Shown here: positions 13,128 to 24,443 of the stretch, piece by piece
How the letters are laid out: the number at the start of each line of letters is the position of its first letter
How positions within the stretch are numbered: position 1 is the stretch's first letter
NCBI GenBank assembly: GCA_040954595.2
Contig: CM082581.2
Span: 8,293,413 to 8,357,412, forward strand
Direction of reading: 5' to 3'
Length of the DNA stretch: 64,000 nucleotides
Source of the DNA: Balanoglossus misakiensis
Taxonomy: Eukaryota; Animalia; Hemichordata
The notes under the pieces: generated by a model
Seen by the model: only the letters and a program-made list of their open reading frames with translations
Database searches by the model: none
Told to the model about the DNA's origin: nothing
Made by a program: the position numbers and the translations under genes

Positions 13128-14940
13128 AAACCCACTGGCACTAAAATAAGTTAAACGTTACTTTCGTCATGTTTAATGTTTCCAGTCTCATTGTTGAATA
13201 TTTCTGTGTGTCGCAAAAACCTCTTTGTGATAAGTGAAAATATTACATTTTTGTCCTAAAGCAAACCAATTTCTTAACTAACTACAGGGAGATAAATTGA
13301 GCCATCACAACCAAATGTCAGCTTGCAGTCACCCATGCTAAAACCACACCTACCGTCTGTTTTGATCGCCAGCGATTGATTTCGTGGAGGTAAATAGAAA
13401 AATCGGGAAGCCAAATAATACAGTTCCTGGCCGGTATTTCGCCGGCCACCTTTCACTAAAGCTCATTCTCAATTATCCAAAATGATTCGGAATCAAAGTT
13501 TAACTTGAAAATGTAAATGTACACACAATGTATAGTCAACAATACTGGCAAAAAGTGTGCAAACAGCATAAATTCGTTTGACTTCATCGGTGCTAGAAAA
13601 AAAGTCACAGAACACAAAGCACCCTTCGTTTTTACTCCATAACGGTAATCCCAGCATTTAGAATCGGTTATGTTCCCATTTAATGGATACCTACCAATCG
13701 GGTGATAATGGTGATGTCATATGATCAGACGTGTGGTTTTAGTTAACTAACCGCTAGTAAATGGTTTGTAACATCACAAGCAATTATTGTGTGCCGAAGG
13801 AAATTGAAAACGATATCTGTATAGCCACACTCCGTACGAAGTTTATATCAAAGTGAAATCAACAATTCAACTCTCAATCCTACTTCAGGCTAGAAAAAGT
13901 GAAAACAAGCGAAAGAAAGTGGTTGTCAGATGCGCGAAAGTTCCGCACCCGAGTGTATAGCGCCCGCACACAGCCGAATCTGTAAATCTTCACGGTACGA
14001 AAGCTGCTATGAGAGAAAATTAACCAATGGGGGCGTATGCTTAGGTCTAGCGCTGCTTAATATTGGTTTCGTATATTATTATGTCAAATACCATACAACT
14101 CGCACCAGCACTCGCTGTTTGGGTTGAAGATAGGCTCGTCGAATGGAAAGAGAGAAATTTGAATATCTTAATCTAGATACTGATCTGAGCCATATATGTG
14201 AACAGTATGAATAAAAGGCACGTGAACGTTTGTGTACCCAATCTGACCGTAGAGGGAGCTGTTTGAAGGTCGATCGGTTTTAAAGAATTTTAATAAACAG
14301 GGTCGATCGGACCACGCGAGCGTGAGAGGAAAAAGACTGAATGTCGTCCAGATAGAACTGATTTATAGAATCGATTATTGCGACTAACACATCAAAATTC
14401 CTCTTGAGACCCTTGAACAATATGTGCACCAGAGAACGACACATCTAAGAATGAGAATATTTGAAACTGGTAAAAATGCAGCCGCTGAGATATAGTTTTG
14501 GTTATACTGCCACCTCAAGGGGGCGCTTTATACACTCATGATGTGATCAAAACGTTGATTTTGTAGTCATCGTGATGACATGAGCATATTTATTGTTAAA
14601 TTAGCAAAGCATGTTTTGAAATTATTAATTGTTGCATCATTGCAGTCAATTATTGTTCATGAATAATTATTCACTGCGATCGGTTCCTTAATCTGATTTC
14701 AATTGAATTGAGAATAAATATCAAAATTTGCTTAAATATATAGACTCTAGGAAAACTTCATTAAGGAATTCTTCTTGTCTGGTTTTAAGTGTTGCATTCC
14801 AGGTGTGACCCCTGAGATGCGTTGTTAGTGGGTTTATTTTATTTTTCTGAAGTTTTAAAAAAGTTCAGTTTAATTTAGATATTGCTTTTCCGGTACATGT
14901 TACCTAAGCCAACTAGTACGCTACTACACATTATTAATAG

Positions 14941-15003
14941 CCCATTCTGAAATTGGAACGGCTCCATTCTGGAATTGGAGCAACCCATTTTTGAAATTAG
15001 AAC
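14941..15003. repeat. Three degenerate ~22-bp tandem copies (CCATTCTGAAATTGGAAC-like)
   Basis: Directly visible. Confidence 0.6.
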
Positions 15004-15471
15004 TTCATGCGAGAACGACCTCAGATGAGGTGGTCCACTGAATGTAATCAGCGGGGATTAACAACCATCATTGCGAAGACTTTGATCCGTGAACACTCTG
15101 ATCTGTGTCACCACTCGGACAGACAGACAGATCAATCGTGACGTCACTTCCCGCCTGTTATTCCAAAAAGGAAATTAATATTGTCGTCCGGTGAAATTAG
15201 GTCGCAACATGCCAGATGCGGTAAAAATTTCCATCTCCAAAGCCGCGAGTTTAAACACCAGGTTTTCTTCATCGGCGGAGTGCTGCCGGCGACTGAACAG
15301 CAGACGATGCCAATCTGGGTGGAATGGATTTTCCCACCATGACAAAACTCTATGCTCTCTTTTCTTGGTACCACTCCCAGGTATCGCGATCGACGCCATG
15401 CATGTTTGTGTCGTTACCGTTGCAGGGACAAACATGGAAACTGTCAAACTCCAAATCATCCCTGACGGTGA

Positions 15472-16067
15472 CTAGGCGCCGCACGGTGTTGGAGTGAACG
15501 ACGATTCGAGGTCGATTTGGATGAATATAATCAGCATCGTTATCAACGTCCCGGCGACATATATGATCAGAAACACGCGGTCCATCACCATGGCGACCTG
15601 TTTCCACTCGCAACTCGTTTTCCCCTCTTTGGTTCTACCGTCAAACAGTTGCCTGACGCTGCGGAATTCCCCGAGCAACTCCCGAAGAATGACCAAATGT
15701 TCGTCGAAGACTTTGTTGGCGTGAGTGCCGGATTTGCCGGTCGCCATTTTCTTTTTGGGACAGTGGTGGGCGAGTCTCTTGCCCTGGACACCGTTCGGCC
15801 TGTCCAGCTCGTCCTGCAGGTCCATCATCGGCAGCAGCTCCAGCTTTCTGACCGATCTCACGAAGCTGGGTTTCCGTTTTGTCCGGGCAACCTGCGTCGA
15901 CGTCACCTGGCGAATCAGCACAAAGCGCGCCACTTTGCCCAGCAGGAGTTTCCGTACCCAGTGCGGGACTGGGTTGCTCTCCGGGCCGCGGAAATGCAAG
16001 TTCAACACGGCCACCGACATTGATATGGATATGGAGACGAGCACCATGACTCCTGCATAGTATTGGC
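15472..16067 (-). CDS. Receptor paralog 1 terminal exon (M3, intracellular loop, M4)
   Basis: ctag|GCCAATACTAT acceptor; stop TAG at 15474-15472. Confidence 0.93.
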
Positions 16068-19000
16068 CTAGACGGAATTTTGAAGGGAAACAAGCGTTAG
16101 TTGCTCGAACCGCTCGATCCGCATGTAATTATTCCAAAACAGTTCTAATCGCGTAATGAAATATACTTATGGATTAGAGAAGTGGAATATTAATTTACCA
16201 AATGTTTGAACATCAATATGGTGGCGACATTGTACGGTTTTCCATTAGAAAAATATGGTTTTAATGGCACGAGAGAAAATGTGTCGCCACAGTGGTCATG
16301 AAACCACTTGCAAATGGTCCTCTAAACCGATAATTGGCTCATGCAAATGCAGGTACATGTAACTTGCATACCTTTGGCAGCTGACATGAATGATGTAAAA
16401 TTGAGACAAAAATACAAATGAAATGTGCACTGGTGCACACAAGACAAACGTACAGGACCACGGCCTTACCCAGTATTGGCACACTGTTCTGCATCGGCGG
16501 TAAGGTTTCTGCCAACAACAGAAGGAAGACGGTGAGCGACAGGAGCACGGTGATTCCCAGTCCAACCTTCTCGCCAGACTCCACGGGCAGGAAGAAACTC
16601 AACAGCGTGGTGGCGGAGATCAGCGAGCAGGGCATCACCAGGTAGAACACGTAGTACATGGGCAGTCTCCTCAGGTAGACGGAGTAGACCACTTTGGAGA
16701 AGTTCTCGTACTGGTAGTCCGGGTAGTACTGCACCATGATGAAGTCGTCCCGACAGGAGAACCCCGTCAGGTCCCACTCGGTGTCCCCTTCAAAGTAATC
16801 GTTGGCGCCTGTCGGTTGAACAAAGAGTCAGTGCAGGCTTCAATGTGACAAAACAATTTTGTTCATATCGGACTTGTGATTGGTCGGAAGGTGTACAATG
16901 CTTCAATGTGACAAAACAGTTAGGTACATCTCGGACTTGTGATTGGTCGGAACGGTGTTGGTTGAAAAGATGTTCATATTTGACATACCTGTCCCATTCA
17001 CGGTAATTTCCGAAGCATTGTGAAGCCATGGACCGAATGTGATGTTACAGGTCTGTCTGTCGAAGGGGAAGTTTTTGACGTCCATCTTGCAGTGTGATTT
17101 GATGATGCTAGGCGCCGCCCACATGATTTGCCCGTTATAGTTCACCACACACTGCGTATTGAGCGTCCAATCTTCGTACTTGATATCGGCACTGCAAGTG
17201 AGAAAAGAGAGAGAGAGACGATAACAGGGCATCAACATGATTAAAACACGCTTGGCATGGAACCCAGATATATCGAATGGGCAAGGATAGAAAGAAATGT
17301 ACATTCGCATAAACACGCATGGAATCAAACGTTCTATTCAGCTCGCATTTTTTCAGCTCGTAGTTCACTACCATGGCCATAATAAATATGAGTGAATAAG
17401 AGAATGTGACCTACTTTTCGTACAGCCAAATGTCTGGCATCCATAATTTGCTTTTTGGCGCCTTGAAATTCGTAATTCCTCCGAAATCTTTCGGATCCCA
17501 AGTTAAAAATTCGTCATACCACCTCTGGAGAAAAAAAGGTGGTAAATATAGTCATTTATCACATAGATTGGCTGTGGCGACGATAGCTGTACGGGCGCCA
17601 TTTTTGTGTCTTCAGAGTGCTACTGTCGTTTGGGGCAAATTTGCTCCATCCACAGTTCACATGAACGGGGCCAGAATGGTTGTGTCTTCCCGTAATGCGC
17701 TTGCGTTTGAAAAAGGCGGACATACACAATACTCAGTTGTTATATCACATGAACTCGGCAATCTGTGAAAATGCTAGCGCTACAAATAGCTACATGACTT
17801 GTATAGTCACTCACCAGGGTTAACCAGACGTTCATCCTCAGCGTTTGAAGTCGTTCGTCCTGAAACCAAATTTAAACGAGTCAGCGTTGTAGAGTAGAGG
17901 TGTACTTTCCCTTCATTGAATGATCTAGAAAATGGGTGCAATGCTCATGGGATGTCAAAGGTCACACTATCAAGCCACGTGGCTGCAAATGCAATGCGTA
18001 ATCGCATCTGCTTGTCTGCAAGTGCAAGGTGGTATACCGTTAAAGTGTAGCCGTTCGACTACCATTGGCGCGCCCTCTGGAGAAAACATGCATGCGGCCG
18101 TTTCTTAATGAAGGGGCTATCGATAGAGGGCAGGCGTAGGAGACTTCTAATGTATATGATATCGCCAGAGAATTTCAAATTGAATGAATGGCCATTGGTA
18201 GATCTATCTGTCTTCAAATGATTGATTTATACGCTTGGTGTCAAGTTAATGCTCAATCTTTCAGAATGCATAATCCGCTGTAATCTGCGTGCACATGCAT
18301 CATCAGATCAGCGCTATGTGTTGTGCCACCGTGAAACACCATGTAGTTGCATCCTATTCTTTTGCAGATGTCAAAGACCTGGGATCAGTCTTGACGGATG
18401 TAATATATGAGCAGGATCCGCTCACTCGTTCAGGACACGTGGCACATACATGTAGTTGTAATGGACAAGTGTGCGACATCTAAAATTCTGAGCAAAATAG
18501 CCAACGACGACGTGACTATACCATCGCGTCGGCGACCATCCAGGTCATTGACATGAATGAACTCGAGTGTGTCGGTGTTCTGTTTCTCAGACTAAATGGA
18601 CCACCAGTCAGACATCTTGGCAAAATCTCTTATCGAAAACACTTTCACGATACGAGCCCTTTAAAGTAGTATCCGCGAACGATTTCATATAGCCACAATG
18701 AATTTATCGAAACAGAGCGATTAACCGATACAAGAGTGAGTGACTGACCCCAATAACCCCGAGTGGTTAGAAACTCCTAATATTTGTTAAACAAGATTGT
18801 CCTATTGGTTATTTATCATATTTACGGAAATTCATCACACATTTATACAAAAAGATGAAACCAGAGACCCAAAAGCAGAGATTAACACGGGAATTAATCG
18901 AGCCCATGAAATGAATTAATTTGAGTCAGCTGCACCCTATGACGGAGAATGAAAATGACGCGGACCACACGAAAAAAAATCCCGCAAAAGACACGGGCAC

Positions 19001-20283
19001 GGAAATTTATATTTAATTGTATACACCATTAAACCGAATATGTAATTTTATAAATTTAATATCTACGTTGACCACATTGATGGAATTTCAGGTTCCGCAT
19101 GGGTCGAGATCACCCGGGCGCCAACTTAAGCGTATTTGAATAAATAGAGAGGTAATCCTAGCCAGGACACACTGGTGTATAAATAGACTGCATTAATCTT
19201 CGTTTTTGTCGCTAATCTATAATTTGTATCACCAGAAACATCATTTGTACGGATAATTGCTTTTCGAAGCCTTTAAAAGCGTTTCAGAGGTGGCCTTGGT
19301 CAGCTGACTGTACACGTCCGACAATATATCCGAAACGTTAGGGTTGGGATATTCATCTTAGTTTGGCGCGAAAATATATTTCGATGGATCGCTATTTACC
19401 ATGATTTTTTTCAGTTTAGGATTTTCCATCAACGCGTAACAGAGCTACAATTAACGGGACACTGCCGGCTCAAATACCGACTACTTCTTGCGCGAAAAGC
19501 ACTGTGTGACAAATGATCAGAACGTCAATTGTCAAAAATAATCGACCCCCCCCCCCCCACAAAGTTTGAAGTATGTTGACCACAAAACTGAGATGAACCC
19601 GATATGTCTGAAACGGCAATTCCTTATGGCAGATCTATTCTACAATTTTTGTGTATGCAGTCAACTGTTCCCTTGTATACCACACGTCTAGGCTTAAGAA
19701 ACGGATTTGTTATCAGGATTGCATTGCTGTCATTTTGTAGATCTGGTGAAAACACCGGCTTCAAATCGAAAGGTGGTTTGAATTTCGTTGGCGGCGGACA
19801 GGATATCGAAAACTTGTTCTCAGATTCAATTAAGTTGAAATTGTAATGCACCAGACATTCCAAACGCGCAATCTAACGCGCCAAATCCAGTGCACATGGT
19901 ACATTCAGGGTGATAAAATAATTTAAAAAGCGTGTCGCCAACGAAACAACTTGTACCAAGCCTGTTTTGTATTTTACTTTCCGAAGACAGGCTTGAATGC
20001 GTAAGCTGATAGTCAGGCCGACAAGTTATGTGATCTCTCGTACGCGCAGCTGCGGGTATTTGACGGAACTATATCACAAGACTACCGACCGCTTTGGAGC
20101 CATCATTATCTGTTTAGGGGGTGTTCAGTAAACTTACCACGTCCAGGACTTGAGATAGGAAATACTGCAATTCCAGCACCGTCCTGGTTGATGTGTTGTA
20201 CACCGGTCGAACAGTGACGTCGTACGTTCTGTTCTCGAACAGATAACGTCGAAGGCGAATATTATCCAGAGTTCCGACAACCC
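15472..20283 (-). CDS. Cys-loop ligand-gated ion channel subunit, nAChR alpha9/alpha10-like but lacking loop C CC (paralog 1); join(20283-20138,17859-17815,17524-17415,17191-16989,16808-16470,16067-15472); signal-peptide exon unresolved
   Basis: YDVTVRPV, DERLQTLRMNVWL, WYDEFLTWDP, WMPDIWLYEN, Cys-loop CKMDVKNFPFDRQTC, FGPW, M1 YYVFYLVMPC, M2 GEKVGLGITVLLSLTVFLL, M3, EWKQVAMVMDR plus M4. All junctions GT-AG and in phase; the 45- and 110-nt exons are typical of nAChR genes. Confidence 0.94.
16470..16808 (-). CDS. Receptor paralog 1 exon, 339 nt (loop F/C, M1, M2)
   Basis: acag|GCGCC acceptor; donor G|gtaagg. Confidence 0.93.
16837..16958. repeat. Intronic 63-bp tandem duplication (2 copies)
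   Basis: GCTTCAATGTGACAAAACA...TCGGACTTGTGATTGGTCGGAA starts at 16837 and again at 16900. Confidence 0.85.
16989..17191 (-). CDS. Receptor paralog 1 exon, 203 nt (Cys-loop, loop B)
   Basis: ttgcag|TGCC acceptor; donor G|gtatgt. Confidence 0.93.
17415..17524 (-). CDS. Receptor paralog 1 exon, 110 nt (loop A)
   Basis: ccag|AGGTGG; RWYDEFLTWDPKDFGGITNFKAPKSKLWMPDIWLYE; donor AA|gtaggt. Confidence 0.92.
17815..17859 (-). CDS. Receptor paralog 1 exon, 45 nt (loop D)
   Basis: ttcag|DERLQTLRMNVWLTL|gtgagt. Confidence 0.92.
20138..20283 (-). CDS. Receptor paralog 1 exon, 146 nt (N-terminal helix)
   Basis: gcag|GG; VVGTLDNIRLRRYLFENRTYDVTVRPV...QVLDV|gtaagt. Confidence 0.9.
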
Positions 20284-21086
20284 CTGCATGAGGAAACGAT
20301 GATAAAAAGTTATCGTTAGTGTCAAATGCAAAGTAAACAAATGCAAGTAATATTGAACCAGCGATAGATTCTGAAATCAGGCTATTTCTACCAAGGGCGC
20401 AAAACACTTGTGTTTTTCAATAACACGGTCAAGAATATAACTTCTGCAAATATTGCTTTAATTAAAGGGGACGACAAGCCGGGAAGATATGTGTATACCA
20501 TTGCACGGAGTTTGCTGTCTGGCTATGTGGTCTCGCCAAATGCAACAGCCTTTGAGGCGTTTTTCATCGAATCCGTATTGCAAACGCATACCTGTGACTG
20601 ACGTCGACAACATGTGGATTTCTAGTTTTGGGGCAAACACAGCCAGAAACACGATCCATCATGAATTGTGTAACCCACAATGCATTGTCAGTAAACTATA
20701 TGCATGTACATTGTACGTTCCGCATACAATGTAAGATTAACAGTCATGTGTCGCGAGCTTACGTTGGATTTCTAATAGAACATGATCAAGTTACAGCAAA
20801 ACACAATCTGCGGTGAGTTTGTCCTTCGACTACATGAGTTAATCACAACGAAATAGGGGCATCAATCTTGAAAGCCCGGGCTGCGTGGCGGGAAACGTTG
20901 AACCCGCTCCCGTTACTTGGGAGCTCATCGGAAAAGTTTAAAATCCTCAAAACCCGTTAAAGTTCTCGAAAAATTCAAACATCACTAGTATCCCCTGCAA
21001 GTGCATATAAACGTTATGTTTGTGCATTTTCAAACAGATCACATGTTTCTGCAGCCCTTTTACTAATATTCGGTTGGCGCCTTTCT

Positions 21087-21128
21087 AACCAACCAACCAA
21101 CCAACCAACAAACCAACAAACCAACCAG
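21087..21128. repeat. (AACC)n microsatellite
   Basis: Directly visible. Confidence 0.85.
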
Positions 21129-22577
21129 CCAAAAATAGTACATGTACATGGATTGTATAGTACATGTACATTGTATATGTACATGATGATGATCATCTAG
21201 AAATTCATTTATGAAGCCAATTGCCGACTCGTATACTTCCAGATCAAAGCTACCAAAACACATTTTCTGGGAAACGACGAAAGATTAAACTAGCTGACCC
21301 TGCTTTGCAATTAACGACACTTAATCTCGCAAAGCAAACACGCTTTCGATCAAGCCGGTGTTTACGAAATCAGTAGATGGGGCTGCTACTACGCGAGTTG
21401 ATTCATACATTTAATCTAAAAGTTTGCGGAAGTAAATTCTCTAAATGAAGATTACTCCATCGAACGACGTCCTATTAGTTATGGTGGTTATTAGCAGCCA
21501 ACCACATGGTCCATGGTCGGCAACCCAATGAAGTTTTTTTGGCGAGGACAATCAGTTCTATTTATTCGCTGAGATGTAGTTCACTGCAAACGGACGACAA
21601 TCTCTATGCTTTATACACAGTGTATTATGCTTGACAACTTTACAGTATCCCGATGAAAGGTGAACAAGACGCGCGAATACCATAAACCTCCAACCGAATC
21701 GATACGTTCATCAGTTTGTTCAAACAAGACCCGAGCAATTCCCTTGGATAAGTACGTGCTTGAAATATGCAATAATAAATTGTTCTGCGATGAATCTAAA
21801 GCACCCTCTTGGTTTTGTTTCACCCTTCCTCGCTGCTCTAGGGTAGGTGTTTATGAAAAAGAGAGGGGAGGGAGGGGGAGAGAGGGAGACAGACAGACAG
21901 ACAGAGATCCTGTGTTCACATAAAGGACAGTGTCACGCAAATGGGAGTGGTGTTTTGCATACCAAATTATCTCCTTTAATGCCTTGACGTTCAATTGGCC
22001 CAAGCCGTAAGAGTTACTCGAGGAAACATCCTCAGTATTTACCAATGTATTTATAAAATACTAAATGTAGATGCGCTTACAGGTGACGTGAATAGGTCGG
22101 ACACCCTTGAATCATAACCTGTGAAAGTACACGAAGTCGCAGGCGATGACCTGCTAACCCACATACATTTCCGCGGGGATTCAATATCGATTCTGCACCA
22201 TCCATTGTGTCAAGCAACACTGCGAAAAAAATGTGTACGTTCGCGTTGCCATGTTATCAACACGCCAGTTATAAAACTGTTGTATCGCCCCGGGCTAAAC
22301 AAGCAGCTTGAATTAGCCATCACACGTTGCTTCGACGCCCAACACGCAGAATACTCAAACCCGGGACGGAGGACACAGAGCCGAGGCACTGAGGTGAAAT
22401 TTATCACCAATCACGTTTCCGCAAAGAATTAAACCGGCTCCAGCGATTAATCTGAGAAATGCGATTGAATCGAGTGATAGAGCGTCTTCTTCCATCCTTG
22501 AGACCCGAGGCCATTTTTATCTTAAAGAGATCCGTCCACTTCGCGAATTTATTTAAAAGGTGGAGTAGTTTGCTTAC

Positions 22578-22689
22578 CTATGGCGAGACAATGGCCTTGT
22601 CTAGTTATTGCGCTTAACAAAATAATCGTCAAACGACCCTTGTGCAATTCAAACTGTCAATCTAATGGCTCCCCAAGTGATTTATGCAT
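22578..22689 (-). other. Candidate first (signal peptide) exon of paralog 1, interrupted by an in-frame TGA
   Basis: MHKSLGEPLD*QFELHKGRLTIILLSAITRQGHCLAI, then a strong phase-1 donor G|gtaagc compatible with the 146-nt exon. Confidence 0.25.
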
Positions 22690-24384
22690 ATAGCCTCACA
22701 CGGGTCTCGAAATGACTGAGAAGACAGCGTGAAACAGTTGGGTAGAGGGATGAGAAAATGTCATTTGGTTGGTGATGTCGTCATTTGCATCGCTTCTCCG
22801 CTCTCGTAAACACCACGCCCGCTGCGTCAGTTAATTGTTGAGTAATGGTTGAGTATTATACATGCACGTTAGAAAATGGCAAGCGTTGGGTCTCCTGCGG
22901 ACCCGTTTGAAAACATTTAACTTGGTTTATCATGAACACAATCGCGCCGGAATAAGTCACGTGCAGTTTCTCGCTTTGGATGAGAACTCGACAGCGATGA
23001 TGGACACAGTTCATTGTCATGGGGACAGTGAAATTAATAAACATATAATGACGTCATATCATGATACATTCGAAATAATGTGAGCTAGCTATAGCTTGGC
23101 CCGCATGCCTCGAGGAGGATGTTTCATACAATGTTGCGACTCTCGGGGTCAAATGCAGATGTTGGATTTAAGTTCTGAAGCAAAAATAAAACATATCTCT
23201 TAAAATACTGCCACTCCACTGTGCTTAAAAGCTGAAGGGCCCCGCGAGACTGTTTATATTCGGGAGTGCGTTGCCCTGCGAAGATTAGTACGTGGCAAGA
23301 ATGAACCACGTGTTTTGTATCAGCGGAACATCACTTTGATGCAAAATTATGATAGTCCGAAATTCAAATTTAAGTATACACCAATGGCATTTTATTCTGA
23401 CCTTGAATTTTAATATGTCCTGTTCGGTTCACTCTGATATCTCAGGAATGCAATTTGTCGAGCATAAACAACTCCGCGAACTATACCTGTGTCTTTGAAT
23501 AACTATTGACACAGGAAGTTTATAAATTTTACCTGATATTTTATGCTGCAGCATCTGATTTTATATTAGTTTTAATAAAACCTCATTTATTTGCTCTTCA
23601 CAATTTCTTCAGAATCCATGAAAAATGCACCGCCTGATTCAGATCCAAGATGTCGTAAAACACGCAATGATATAGCCGGGCGATTTAAACGCAGGCAAAA
23701 CTTAATTTGAACCTTATGAGTCCGGATTTATTATGCATAGAGCGCTTACACGTACTGCGTAGCTTCGTAACGCCCTGTCTGATCTAAACTGCCCTGATCC
23801 GCCAGATGTAATAGAGCTAAACGCGGGGTTTATTTTATCGTCAACCTTGCAGAAATTTATTGAAGATGGCGTCTCGACGGGGTAGTGGACTTGTCAAAAC
23901 TGCTAAACGGGTGCGGGGAGAAATCATAAACCGGATCGTTGCAACGGTGGCGGTGACCGAATGAGGATGAGCCTATTAGACCGACAAATCTCGCCAAGCG
24001 TAAGCCTTTCGTTACTATCAACGTCACGGCGCTATTTACGACCCCCGCGCTGTGATATTTTCTGCAATTAATCGCAAGACTGCTCAGCGACCCCACTTGA
24101 GTGCTTCGACATGTTTACCGTATTCAATAAATTTGGCTGATCAAATTATATGGAAGTGTCTTTCTTGCGGTAAACAAGTAACCAGTGTTGACTACAGTAG
24201 ATGGGAAAGATGAAAAAAAATTATAATTTGGGGGGATAAGAATTCGCATCGAGGAAACAATGCCTCGAATTTAGTAGAGATTAAATTATGTTTTCTGTTA
24301 GATTTGATTGAATGACATTTCTCAAAATGCTCTGGACTGTCAGCAGTATTTATTGCAACAGCCACGACGGTGTACATCGGTTAT

Positions 24385-24443
24385 ACCGGAAGTATATAAA
24401 ACCACTACCGGAAGCAGTACTGACGCCATTTTTTAACTTCCGG
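24385..24443. promoter_or_regulatory. ETS/YY1 motif cluster
   Basis: ACCGGAAGT 24385, ACCGGAAGC 24407, CGCCATTTT 24424, ACTTCCGG 24436, plus TATATAAA at 24393. Confidence 0.4.

Noticed and set aside
15144-16093. Additional ORFs overlapping the terminal exon of paralog 1 (e.g. 15517-16023 +, 15641-16093 -)
   Set aside because: Antisense or alternate-frame shadows of a GC-rich coding exon, or 3' UTR; no recognisable domain.
16470-16808. Naming the receptors CHRNA9/CHRNA10
   Set aside because: They are similar to that group but lack the loop C vicinal cysteines that define alpha subunits; orthology needs a phylogeny.
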